The notes under the pieces: generated by a model
Databases searched by the model: none
Seen by the model: only the letters and a program-made list of their open reading frames with translations
What the model was told of the DNA's origin: nothing
In this document: one piece after another, positions 33,682-46,319 of the stretch
Layout: each line of letters starts with the position of its first letter
How positions within the stretch are numbered: the stretch's first letter is position 1
Program-made: the position numbers and the translations under genes
Source: Paragordius varius
Lineage: Eukaryota; Animalia; Nematomorpha
Assembly: GCA_964247055.1 (NCBI GenBank)
Contig: OZ176059.1
Location: 2,542,001 to 2,606,000 of the forward strand
Length of the DNA stretch: 64,000 nt
Direction of reading: 5' to 3'

Positions 33682-33902
33682 CAGTCATGTATCATTTATT
33701 TTATCAAAAATTTATTTTTTTTCGTTAAATGGGTATAAATATTTGGTAAAGAATGGAAAAAACAAGAGCTCTATGGTAAATTCTTTAACTTTTTTAATGA
33801 ATATGATATTGTTAATGCCATAGAGCTCTTGTTTTTTCCATTTACCAAATATCTATACCCATTTAAAAATTAATTTTTGATAAAATAAAGGATACATGAC
33901 TG
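33682..33902. mobile_element. Foldback MITE family B (CAGTCATGTATC TIR, TA TSD, Tc1/mariner-like)
   Basis: Inverted arms of about 95 bp, TA on both sides; second copy at 42679-42908. Confidence 0.8.
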
Positions 33903-34499
33903 TAAGAGTGCTCTTTGCTGTATTATATGCTATCTGGCAGCATTTTTTTGTAAAAACTTAATTTACAGTTATAACCGCCCGCTGCTTCTACAAATTTGTT
34001 TTAAACTCGAATTGTCTTTTAGCGGGGAAGGATCAAATTTGATATACATTTTTGTTGTAAAATATATGAAATATGTGCTAATTTTAGCAATTTTTTATAC
34101 ATTACATTTGTTAAATTATTATTATCATATATTTGTATAAAAAAATTTATTTGTTATACTTTATTTGAAAGAAAAAGAAGGGATTTATTGTAATTAATAT
34201 TTTAACATGCATGATTTTTAATCATCAAATAAATTTTAACCAAATGTCAAAAAATCTTTTAAATCTTGATATATTACATAAATATGTTTGGGCATCATAT
34301 CTCACCTTTTTAGTTTCATCTTATTAGGTTAATACAATGCAGCTTAAATTTTTGTATTAGTGGACAGGCTTTAATTTGTTAAAACTTCACAGTGATTACT
34401 TGCTATGTAACGTGGATTTTTTTTATCAAGACTCTCGATTTTTATTGCTTTCTTTTGAAGCTTGTGATTACAAATTAAAATTTTATATGGTAAAATAAA

Positions 34500-34700
34500 T
34501 TAACTCGATGTCATCAAATTTATCAGTTGTGTCTCATCAGCATATAAAAGTATGTCATATTTCGCCTTTTTGATATTTTTAATATATGTGAGTTTCAGAA
34601 CATTGCTTCGACACAGTTTTTTTATTATTATGGTAAAAGAGTTGTATTTTAGTGGGCTACTACTCGAAGATGTAAAAGTCGTTGGACTAAGATCTTTCAT
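34500..34700 (-). pseudogene. Possible decayed LINE reverse-transcriptase fragment
   Basis: YDILLYADETQLI resembles the RT motif LLYADDTQL; flanks are full of stop codons. Confidence 0.35.
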
Positions 34701-35699
34701 AAGGTGGTATACAATTGATAAAATTTATATGATTTCTTTTTTACGTTTTCCCAAAAAGATTTTTTTAAATGTATTTATGGGAGCTAATTTCTTGCGAAAA
34801 TACTGGTCAATTAAAGGTTTTTAAAATTAATGCCTCGATTATTGGGTACATTAAATATATTATAAATACATTTGATTGAATTTTGAACGAGAAGAGTGCA
34901 AACCAGGGATGTCCAACACGCTTTTTTCGGTATGCAAAAGTGCCCTAAAAATGTTAAAAAAGAAAAATTTGGATTTTAACTAAAAATTTACCATTATTTA
35001 TAAGAAATATCATCCGAGACTCAAAATATATAATAAATTCAAAAATTAATAAAGCAGACAAGAAGATATATGTGTTCGACGCTAAAATTGCGTTTCTATT
35101 TTTTGTATTGAAATACAGGGCCCACGCATTTTGTCACAATGTTTTGTAACCATCAATTTATCTTTTTATACATATGCAGATATTAGCCAATATATTTTAA
35201 ACTATATTCTTCAAAAATCTCTCCACCATACTATACTACATCGTTATTATTTCACGCTAAAAAAGTAGTATATAATTGTATTTTTGGAATCTTTATTTCC
35301 ATCAAAAGGCCAATAATAAATTAAAGATGTGACTTTAAGTATCAACGTTTGATTAGCTGACATAACATGTTATATACTCAGTCAAATTAAATTAGAATAC
35401 ATATTTAATGGAGCTAAATATGCCAGATGAATCGTATTTAAATATTTTGTCATGAGAATAGTTTCAAAGATATGTATAATTTTCTTTAACATTTTATGAT
35501 ATTTTAAGGTTTTATCATGCTTGACTAGTGATAATACGTATTTTTTTTAGTAACCAAATGTGGTGATTCGTTATTCCATATGGGTATAAATTGATTAAAG
35601 GTTCACCTTTTGTATGGTGTCATGATTATGTGAAGATTTAAGGAGACAAATTATTAAATTTTAAACATGAAGTTTTGTGTCACACAATTCTAAAAGATA

Positions 35700-36051
35700 T
35701 ACCATTTACAGTTCAAATATACCCTTAAACAAATCAAATTCACCCTTGAACAATTCAAATTCACCCTAAAAATAAATTATGAAACTTCGGTTCAATATAA
35801 CTCATTATTAAAATTAAATATATTTTTATGGCAAAGTGTTTATTATTTTTTCAGTATTATTTTGATTACATACAAAATTTCTTTTTTTTATAAATATAAA
35901 AAATATAGGTAATATATAATCTTAAAAAACACATGATTTATTTTAGGGTGAATTTGAATTGTTTGAAGGTGAATTTGAATTGTTCAAGGGATTTGAATTG
36001 TTCAAGGGTGAATTTGAATTGTTTAAGGGTGAATTTGAACTGTAAATGGTA
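35700..36051. mobile_element. MITE family A with extra subterminal repeats
   Basis: Both TIRs present; 4-5 copies of GGGTGAATTTGAATTGTT on the right. Confidence 0.8.
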
Positions 36052-36779
36052 TAACATATGATACCTGCCTGGAACTTCAAAATGGATTTTTAAGCAATTC
36101 GCATAAGAATTGAACATAAAAATTATTGTTAAATAATTTAAAAACACTATTTCTATTTTATTTGATGCCAAAAAAAGCATCCATTATATCTCTATATATT
36201 TTGCATATTAGTCTTCAAATGAAATATGCTTCCTAAAAATAAATAATATATTCACCCTTAAAAATATAATAAAATATAATCATCGTTGTTAGAAAATAAA
36301 TTTTATAACCCTTACTTTATAAATAGCTTTTTGTAATCAGTTTTAATAAGTAAGTTAAGTTATAAAATTGGTTTTTCAACATTCTAAGCCTTTTTTTAGA
36401 GACACGATACAACAACAATATTTCAACTAAAAATACAATTTATAGTCAAAATTACTATTCTTAAAATTTTAGCCGTTAATATTTATTATAGCTAAAAACA
36501 TATTTATAAATAATTATTAATTTGAAATCCTTTTATTTCGACATCAGTTGCAGAAAATTATCATTCTATTAAATAATATAATACTAAAAGTTCAAAGATT
36601 AATTAGCTGTAACTATGTATGTAAAAATATATGTACAACATCTATATTTTTACACGATATGAATAATTAGGATGGCGTAATATTCAAAACAAATTTATCA
36701 TGAATCCTACTTGGTGCTTTCGAGTAAATGCTAAAAAAAGTTTGATAAGTGTTAAAAGGGTGCGCGGCTATTCGAGGCT

Positions 36780-39700
36780 ATGGAAAAAATTAATTTATCA
36801 TGTTTTAATCCAAATGTTGAGTTTACAAATTATATCACATATATTAAACGCAATTTGGAGGTCAAGAATGTCGCAGCCACCGATGAAATTATGAAAGCAT
36901 GTTTGTTGGCTTTCGGAGGAATCGAAAATATTAATAAAATTGAAAATTATTTCTATCCACAAGCAATAGACGACATACCATTCCCAGATCTATTAAACGC
37001 CGGTATAAAAATCTTCTCCCCCTCAAGGAATATTTTTTCGTCGCGTTTTGATTTAATTAAAATGAAGAGGGGGAGAATGGAAACGTTCACAGAATTCCTG
37101 TTAAGAGTTAAACAAATGGCCATCCACTGCCGGTTCTCGTCAAACATTGACGAGCACATCAGAGATGTATTCATCGCCGGGTTAGAGGAGCAAGCCGTGA
37201 AAATGGAACTATTCACACGGTTCCCAGAAGCTTTAGAAAACGGGGCTCCCGTTTCTCTAAATACGGTGGTAAATATTGCCTTATCACATGAGAAGGCACG
37301 AGATGGACTAACGAATGCAGAAGTGCTGTCCATCAATATTGATAATGATAATAAAAGTAACAATAATAAGAACCACAGTAGTAATGGTGAAATAAACGAA
37401 ATAGCCACACTTCACCAATCAAAAACCAACAATAGTAATAATAACCGACGAACCTGCACAAAATGTGGGAGGACTCATACGTTGGGACATTGCCCTGCCT
37501 ATGGGAAAGAATGTTATAGATGCCATCGTTCAAACCACTTTGCTCGATGTTGTAAGGTAACGTTTAAAGCATATTCCCTTTTTAATAAGGCAAAAAAAAC
37601 CCAAATTGTTCCTAAAATAAATAACTTTCCTATTTAAATGATTTTTGATACGGGTGCCGATATTTCATTCATAAATTATAAAAAATGGTGCCGTCTAGGC
37701 AAGCCAGCACTAGATTTTGATAACAATAATATTTTCATACATACATACAATAATAATCGTATAAAAACATTAGGTAAATGCAAATTACAGGTTGAATTAG
37801 ATAAAAGAACGCACATTCTAGAGTGCTTTATTATAAACAACAATTTACCATCAATATTTGGAATGGACTGGATAAAACAATTTAATTACCCAATCATGTA
37901 ATAATAAATAACTTATCTTCATATGATATATATAACAAATTTAGCAAGTTATTTTCTGAGGGCCTTGGTTGCTGGAAGGGCGAACCGATTAAAGTGTTTT
38001 TAAGTAATAATAATTGTGGTAGAATTTTTCCAAGTAGAAGGGTGCCCTTATCGTTACAAAGCAAAGTGGAGGATGAGATAAATAGATTGGTAAAACTGGA
38101 TATAATTGAGCCTGTTGATCCAAAAAAGACTAGAATCGTTTGGTCCAGCCCTACTGTAAATATTTTAAAACCGAATAAAGAGCTTAGAATATGCGCGGTA
38201 TAAATCCACACATAAAACCGCCGCAATACACAATCCCAACCTTTGACGACCTCATCTCAAAAATTTCCTTGGGCAAATCTTTCTCGACACTAGATTTGAA
38301 AGACGCCTATTTTCTTCCAGTAGACCCAGATAGTCAGCACTTACTAACAATTTCGAAACGATTGCCTTTCGGGTTGAATTGCGCCCCAAGTTTCTTTCAA
38401 CAAATAATGGACGAGTTATTAAAAGATTGCGCAGGTACAGCCGTTTTAGATGACGTTATAATGTCAGGAGAAACCGAGATAAAGCACAATGACAACCTAA
38501 TAAAGGTATTTACCAAATTGGAGACAATGGGATTAAAATTGCGCAAAGATAAAATAAAACTTTTTCAACCATCTGTGGAATATCTTGGTCACATTATTTC
38601 TGAAAATTGCATTAAACCCTCCCCAAATAAAATTAAAGCCATCCAAGAGTGCCCGACCCCGACCAACAAAACCACTCTTAGATCATTTTTGGGTTTACTT
38701 AATTTTCATGCAAAATTCATCCCTTCCCTAAGCATTTTAATGGGAGAACTACATAAATTAGCAGGTAACAAACAAAAATGGTGTTGGATGCTAACGCATG
38801 ATTCGATATTCAAAAAAGCTAAAGACTTGATCTGCCAGAGTAGTTCCTTGCATCCGTATAATCCCAAACTACCTATAGTCTTGGAAACCGACGCGTCAAT
38901 GTCGGGATACGGTGCTATTTTATCACATAGAACAACAGCGGGTAATCGTCCGATCGCCTACACGTCAAAAAAATTCTCTCAGGCTGAAGGAAACTATTCA
39001 GTAATGAAGCAAAATCTATCCTAATAGCGTTAGAGAAGTTTAAAACCTTTTTGTATGGCAGAAAATTTATAATACAAACGGACCACTAACCTCTAGTAAA
39101 ACTATTGGGGCCTCAAAGAGATCTAAGTAAAATTAATAATTGTAAACTAGTACGCTGGATAACTAGAACATCGGTATTCGATTTTAATATACAATATCAC
39201 CCTGGTACATAAAACATAGCTAACTGCCTATCGAGACTTCCCATTGAAAACCAGGAGTGGTCCAACGAATTAAATTTAAATAGAGAAATTATATCAAGAG
39301 TCTATGAAGGATCCTACTATAGCAAAACTAAAAGTAGCCCTAAGGTCTAATAATTGGACGGACCCCCTGGTCAAGCCTTTCATAGCAATAAAAAATGAAA
39401 TTGAGGATGCATACGGTCTATTATTTTTGGGAGATCGGGTAATAATCCCGAACAAAATTAAGCCAGATATTTTAAGATACCTGCATAGTGGCCATCCGGG
39501 AATACAAGCCATGAAACTATTAAGCCGTGAAAAGGTTTATTGGCCCGGGTTGAGCCAAGATATCGAAAAATGGGTGCGTAGTTGCCAAAACTGTCAAAGG
39601 CTGCGCCCAAATGTACCCGAAAATCCCACCTATCAATGGAACGGGAATACAACCATATGGGAACGGCTCCACCTAGATATCGCTGGACCCATTGACAATT

Positions 39701-40907
39701 TATACTGGGTGGTACTAATTGAGCACCCGCTGGGTGGAGGTAGAAACGTTACGTTCTGTGAATACCGGTAATATCCTTAAGTTTTTAGAAACCTGTTTTT
39801 GCCGGTATGGGTACCCAAAAGTGGTGGTTACTGATAACGGCTCTTATTTTAAAACGGGGGAGTTTGAGAGAACTTTAGCTTCCTCTAATATAAAACACGT
39901 ATCATCAGCTTCCTACCACCCCCGAACAAATGGGTTGGTAGAGAGGGTAATTTACACTCTAAAAAATCATTATTCAATGTCAACCCCACTTTCCGCAGAC
40001 CCAGTGCGAAGATTAAACCAAATCTTATGGGCTTACCGAAACACGCATCACAGTTCTACGAAGGAGACCCCCGCGCATTTGTTTTTAAAAAGAACTATGC
40101 AAAGCCCATTTACATGGATGAAAACAAAACCCAACGAATTCATGGATACTCCCGACATTCCGCAGGAGTTTGAAAAGGGGCAAAAAGTATATATCAAGAA
40201 TGAATTGGGTTCTGGTTGGAGGGAGGGACAAATAGTCGACAGAACGGGATGGTTATCGTACAATGTCAACGACAATGGCAAAATTATCCGCAAACATGCT
40301 GATCAATTAAGGAATCGCATGGATTGGTCGGCCGAAGGAGAAGACGGGAGAAGTGAGGAAAAGACTAAAAACTTAACCAACAACTTAAACAACAATGATA
40401 GTAACCTCCGAAAACATCCCACGGAACATGAAATAAGAACCCCTGAAAACATCGAGGAGAATCCGGAATCAAAAAGTGCGCCTTCAAGTGAGAATACTCC
40501 CGTGCAAACAAGTGACACTTCTCCTACTACAACTCGCCGGTACCCGATTAGATCCCGAAAGCCACCCGACCGATATCAAGCTTAAGGAAGAAGGAATGTT
40601 TTTTTTAAGGATATATATATTTATTTAGTATAACATCAAAACTGAATAATATAATGTGTTCTGTGTGTTACAATGATTCCTTATATACATTAGGAAATTT
40701 GGTTATTGCATTCACAAGGATAAAGTTGTCTGATTTAAACGTTGTTAAAGATAATAAGTATAAATAAAATAATTTGCATTCACAACCAAGGTAATATATA
40801 TTTTTAACGTAACAAGGACCAAAGTGTATTATGCACTAAAAAAGAGAAGGATAATTTGCGTATGATGATAACCCTTTTAACAATAAGTTAAAAATATCTT
40901 GCATACA
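36780..40907 (+). mobile_element. Decayed Ty3/gypsy (Mag-like) retrotransposon: gag, protease, RT, RNase H, integrase and one 3' LTR
   Basis: Gag with two knuckles CTKCGRTHTLGHC / CYRCHRSNHFARC; protease MIFDTGAD; RT FSTLDLKDAY, LPFGLNCAPSFFQ, LDDV; RNase H LETDAS; integrase LHSGHPG..CQNCQ, LHLDIAGP, VTDNGS, GLVERV. Several frameshifts, stops and small deletions. PPT GGAAGAAGGAA precedes TG at 40597. No 5' LTR found. Confidence 0.9.
40597..40907. repeat. 311-bp TG...CA LTR, homologous in reverse complement to the 24359 LTR
   Basis: The reverse complement of 40776-40836 matches 24438-24498 at 54 of 61 positions; other motifs are collinear. Confidence 0.75.
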
Positions 40908-42464
40908 CAGTTCCCCTAACATGAATCCAAATTGTGGGAAAAATAAATGGCTCAATGTTTATATCCAACATTACTCTTTTTTTGAAATGAATTAAAATTA
41001 AAGTTTTAAACACATAATTTTTAGTTAAAATTCGTTTCCAATTGGATATGTTGAAAAATTAATACCCATAGGAAAAAGTACTAGATCATTAGTAGGGGCT
41101 CATTATTTTATATGCGCATAGAGCGCCCATTCATTATATGATATATCCCGCAAATTGTGTAAAGTAAAAATTATTTGTTTAGCGAAAAATAAATTATATA
41201 GAGTGTTAAACTTTGTCAGGATATGAAAATTGTACCTTGCAAATTATAAATGATTATCATGTCCCTAGAAAAAACGACCACAGGTATTCAATTAGAACAT
41301 CAATGCAAAAAAAATTACAAATCCCTTTTTAGTATTTTTTAGCATAAATCAAATTTTTTAACTTTTATCGGAAATATCTGTAATATAGTAATATGGTTGC
41401 GACTCTTAAACATTTTCCATACCGCAACAAATTTTTAAATTCAAAATAATTTGATAAATTTAAATTGGCAATGGATTTAAAATTTAAATAGCTTAAAATC
41501 AAACTTAGGGTTTCTATAAAATCTAGTTCAACTTTGCTGTTTTATTTTGGAATTTCACATGAGCTAGAATTATAAAATATATAAATTAAAACAAAATAAA
41601 ATTTACAAGTAGTAACCAAAAATCCGTACATATCCCAGTAAAAATATTAATCTATATTAAAAAATTGTTACAGGTATTGTAAGGATTGTTAATTGATATT
41701 CCACTACTTTTAAATCCTATTTTGTATAAATTATATACTTTATCATGCATGATTTCAAAATAAAACAGTAAATACAATAATGATTTTAATACAATATCAT
41801 AATATTTTTAAAAACGACATCTTTTTTAACTAAGATTTATAGAATTCCTAACTATATGATTTTAGGCTATATATATTGAAAATATCTCCTAAATTGATAA
41901 TTAACCATAATATTTTAACTTTAATCATTATTTTTTGTATTAGCCTTAATTATCCTTAACTTTCACTTTTTGCCCGATTTCAATTTTTTCTTAAAATTTC
42001 AAAAACTAGGTTGCCAACAAATTAAAATTTCGCGGCTAATTTCGCTGGTCATAAGCTATGTCATGATAAAAAATTTTTGTTAAAAACAATTAACCCTCTT
42101 TTTTGCACACAGTGTATGAGTTAATATCAAATAAAATATTTTTTTAGTTAAATGGAATTACTCCTTATGTATTAGAATGATAATCGATTCATTGTTCCCT
42201 TGTGGCATAGTTTATATAAATCTTTTTTATCTCTGCCTTTTATAATTAATTCAACGATAAATTCAAATTCGATTTGGCATGATGATCATATAAAATTTGA
42301 TATAAGTAATTTATTTAAATTTAAATAGAATATTTACAAAATACACATCTCATGATGTGTAATTTTCGATTCATAAGTTACTTATTATTTATAACGGGTT
42401 TTTCCACAACCCTTTCATTTTATCATTTTTAATTTTATCATAACTTTTACGCGAAAAAAGATTC

Positions 42465-43165
42465 ATGAATTTTATCCACAAAATTTTGGTATATATATAT
42501 TTTAAAATCATACCATAACTTAATTTTTATATGCTAATTTTGTACGTTTGTATTCTATAGTTTGTTTGCTTTTCCCTGCTCTTGAGTACACTGGTATGGG
42601 ATTCTAAAGTAATCAATCATTTCGACTTTAAATTTTTTTTGCATTATGAATTAACAAATTTATATATATATATAAATACAGTCATGTATCCTTTATTTTA
42701 TCAAAAATTTATTTTCTTTCGTTAAATGGGTAGAAATATTTGGTAGAGAATGGAAAAAACACGAGCTTTATGGTATTAACAATATCATATTCATTAAAAA
42801 AGTATAAGAATTACCAAAGAGCTCTTGTATTTTCCATTCTCTACCAAATATTTACACGCATTTAACGAAAAAAAATAAATTTTGGATAAAATAAAGGATA
42901 CATGACTGTATATATATCAATATAGACATATGCCATTAGTAGCAACATTGATGACAGGAATGATGATTTAAATAGCATAAATACAGCAAGTGTCACCAAT
43001 CGTCGTAAAAAAAGACATGCTGCTATGGAAAATGCACAAAGAGAAGTGTATAAAAGAAATGTCCATAGAGCTAAACGAGAGGACAGGAGTCGAAGCCATA
43101 GGAGTAGACGTAGTCGACGAAGTCGCAGTGATAGACGCGGTCGTGTAGTTTTAGTTGGGCGATAA
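42465..43165 (+). CDS. Orphan secreted prepropeptide (98 aa): signal peptide, acidic pro-region, Arg/Ser-rich cationic mature peptide, C-terminal Gly-Arg
   Basis: Exons 42465-42488, 42561-42593 and 42926-43165, all phase 0 with GT-AG. Translation: MNLSTKILFVCFSLLLSTLTYAISSNIDDRNDDLNSINTASVTNRRKKRHAAMENAQREVYKRNVHRAKREDRSRSHRSRRSRRSRSDRRGRVVLVGR*. AATAAA at 43167, just after the stop. Confidence 0.75.
42679..42908. mobile_element. Foldback MITE family B in intron 2 of the peptide gene
   Basis: CAGTCATGTATCCTTTATTTTATC / GATAAAATAAAGGATACATGACTG, TA-flanked. Confidence 0.8.
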
Positions 43166-45206
43166 AATAAAAGGAAATATATATATAACCTTATTACACA
43201 TTCCATCATTAATTATAATCAACAACCATACATATTTATGTGTTATGTTTGCCATGTAGTTTTTAGATTTATTATTTAGTTGTTATGTATTATTTATATA
43301 TAATTTGTTGTGTAATGGTTTAAATTAAATTGTGGTGATGATATATTACATTAGAAAATGAATTAATATTTGCCGAATAATTTCATTGTATAAAAAGGGG
43401 GACTGATAGAACAGATGACTGTTGTATACCTATAATCATAATGTTTAGCTATACTATGTTAATTGTACAGATTTTAAAACATAAAACTCATCTTAAGTTG
43501 TTATGTAATTAAAAATTGACTGTTGGGTGAGAAAATTTACCCTTGATCGTCATAGTGCACAAATAAATACCCCTTAAAATTTACAAATTATATCAGTTTC
43601 TAAATTTATTTTTATCCATAGAGGTTTGAAATTCAATGTATACTAAATAATATACTTGTTCACTATTTGTGGAAATAGAGTAATACTTAACAAAAAAATT
43701 TTTACCCACAAATGTTATGTATAATATGATTTAAATCATTTTAATATATAAAATATAAATTTAATTAACTTTGCTTTAACCCCATATGACTTATATTTCT
43801 CATTATTAATTGCCCAGACAAAAACTATGCACCATACTTTATATATAATATAATTTTATTTTTTACCATTAAAATCCTCTCGATATTTATTTTATAAAAA
43901 TGTTAAATATTGGACTCTAGTTTGACCCGAAAAAGGATGGGCTCTATTAAATATAAAATAATAATATTTTAATATGCTTTAAGCATAGTCGATTAGCCCA
44001 AACTACCAAAAAACAATATCCATGTCCTCGAAATTGTTTATATAATAGTAAATTTGTCACTTATTCGGATTTTCTTATATTGGGATTTGTTAAGCATGAA
44101 AGAAAACATTAATAATGTTACATTACATTGGAAGTTATTTATATATAATAAGGAAATTGAATTAATATGTGTGAAGTTTGATGTTCACAATATGTGCATT
44201 TAAATGGGCGAAAAATGTCACAATATTTTGAAATACTAGCTGACATGTTGCGCTGATTTTGTCGAAACAATAAGACAACGGGTTTGATAAGAATAATTCA
44301 TTTTATAGCAAATACATTATATAAATTTAGATTGCCAAATTATTTTGTTAGTAATTAAAAACTTATGTAGAGCATTACATCCATATAATGTGGATTGAAA
44401 ACTTCTTAAAACAACTTTGATAATCTTCGGTACTAAACACATAAATATTAAATTATAAAGGTTGATATAACAACTAAAGACATATTTATAAGTGACCATT
44501 GCATCCCTTTATCCATCCAAAACAAGCTTAAAAGAAGATGGTGTCTTTTTTTACTTATAATAATAAGGACTTGAAATATAGCCCCTACTAAGGCTGATTA
44601 ATTTGTCGAGAACTACTTATAGGAAAAAGCTTCAGACCAGTAAATTCAAGCCTAACCATTTATAAAGTAATAATTATGATAACACTTCATTACATATGAT
44701 TCTATGTATAAATATTTATCGCCAGTAGGCGAGATATTAAACATAAATACATATATAAAATAATTTTAAGAATATTACCCATATTTTTTGAGCATATTTA
44801 ATAATTATTTTATAGCGATATCTACAAAAAGATACGACGCTAGTTTAATATCGTGATTTTTAATTACATCATTTTCATAATATATTTTTAATTTATGCGA
44901 AAAGATTATACGCAAATTTTTAAAATTGGCCCAATAAGTCGATTTTACCATTATCAAATTTTAAATATATTTTGGATCAAAAGCTAACTTAACAACATGT
45001 ATTATATATATATAATATATATTAATAAATTTATTAAAAAACCAAAATTATATACATAAGTAACGAATATCAAACATTATAAAGGTGACGAAACATGAAA
45101 ACACAGTAACAAAAAATGAATATTTTAACAATTGTTTATATATATGGTATTATACATTGGCATAGAGATTTGAAATACTTTAATTACAGTAAAATCTGAA
45201 ATTATA

Positions 45207-45442
45207 CGGACAAATCGTAAAAATATAAAGACAAATATTTTTTTCTAAAAGACGACCATACTTTATAAATATTGATTTTTTTAATATAAATCATTTTTTA
45301 AATGGCGAAGTCTGTAATAGAGATATATATTACTAACACAATCAATTCAATATTTTACAATTGTAACTAAATAGCAAAGGTTTAAAAAGTATGGTTGTCT
45401 TTTAGTTAAAAAATATTTGTCTTTATATTTACGTGTTGTCCG
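45207..45442. mobile_element. MITE family D, just 3' of the Duox stop codon
   Basis: TA-CGGACAAA ... TTGTCCG-TA with inverted AAGACAAATATTTTT arms. Confidence 0.7.
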
Positions 45443-45506
45443 TATTATTTCAATTTTGTAATTACAAACGCGTGCCGTGCCGTCCAAGGATTGAAATTAA
45501 AAGATG

Positions 45507-45990
45507 TTATCCGAAATTTTCAAAATGTGATATAAGGATCGGGGTTTGTCGTGTTTTATTTATTCTTTCACATGAGCTATCTATTGCACGAGTCAAATAC
45601 GTAGGTCCACAACTAAATACACCTATTTTCCGGACCTTGTTTAAAATAAAAATGTATAAAAATAATATAAATGGTTTCATTACTAAAAAACTTGAAAAGC
45701 CGCATAAAACATTTTTCTTATTACTAGTGCCCTACATAATAATCTACAAAGGGATATTGTGCATAGCTCTTTAAAAAATACAGGCATTATTTATTGTCTA
45801 AATATGCACATCAAAAATTAATGGATTAATTCGTTCATGTTTGAGCCCTCATGCGGACCCTGGCCCGTTTAAGTATCACTGTTTTAAACCATTTATAAAA
45901 CTTAGGGAAAAAAATCACAAAAAAATAAGATTACATGGTAAAAAGATATTTATACAAAACATAAAATCCATATTGTTTAAAATCAGTTTC

Positions 45991-46043
<53 letters not shown>

Positions 46044-46280
46044 TCAAATATTGTCATAAAAATTGCCAAAAAAATATAATATTCTATTTATAAATAAAAA
46101 ATACCTTTTTATGTTTTTTCTGGATAAAACGTAAAATCTTTTCAAATTCAGGTCTCCCAAAATGATTATATGCCTGGAGTCCAGTTAGCAAGCTTTTGTT
46201 GGTCACATTACGAAAATATTTGTCACATATGTACTGTTATTGGAGATAAATAAAAAAAAATTTTTTTTTTGGCAAATATA

Positions 46281-46319
<39 letters not shown>

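Noticed and set aside
35938-36180. ORFs with repeated [14 protein letters not shown] (also 20649-20873 and 49991-50188) and the short repeats under them
   Set aside because: These are translations of MITE family A subterminal repeats. They are not genes and not a CRISPR array: there are no unique spacers and the context is eukaryotic.
36060-36780. Possible 5' LTR and PBS (TGGTGCTTTCGAG at about 36712) of the decayed gypsy element
   Set aside because: No convincing match to the 40597 LTR in either orientation, and no CA end next to the candidate PBS.
42862-43209. 115-aa minus-strand ORF rich in Arg/Leu
   Set aside because: It is the antisense shadow of exon 3 of the secreted peptide gene. 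The plus-strand frame has splice sites, a signal peptide and a poly(A) signal.
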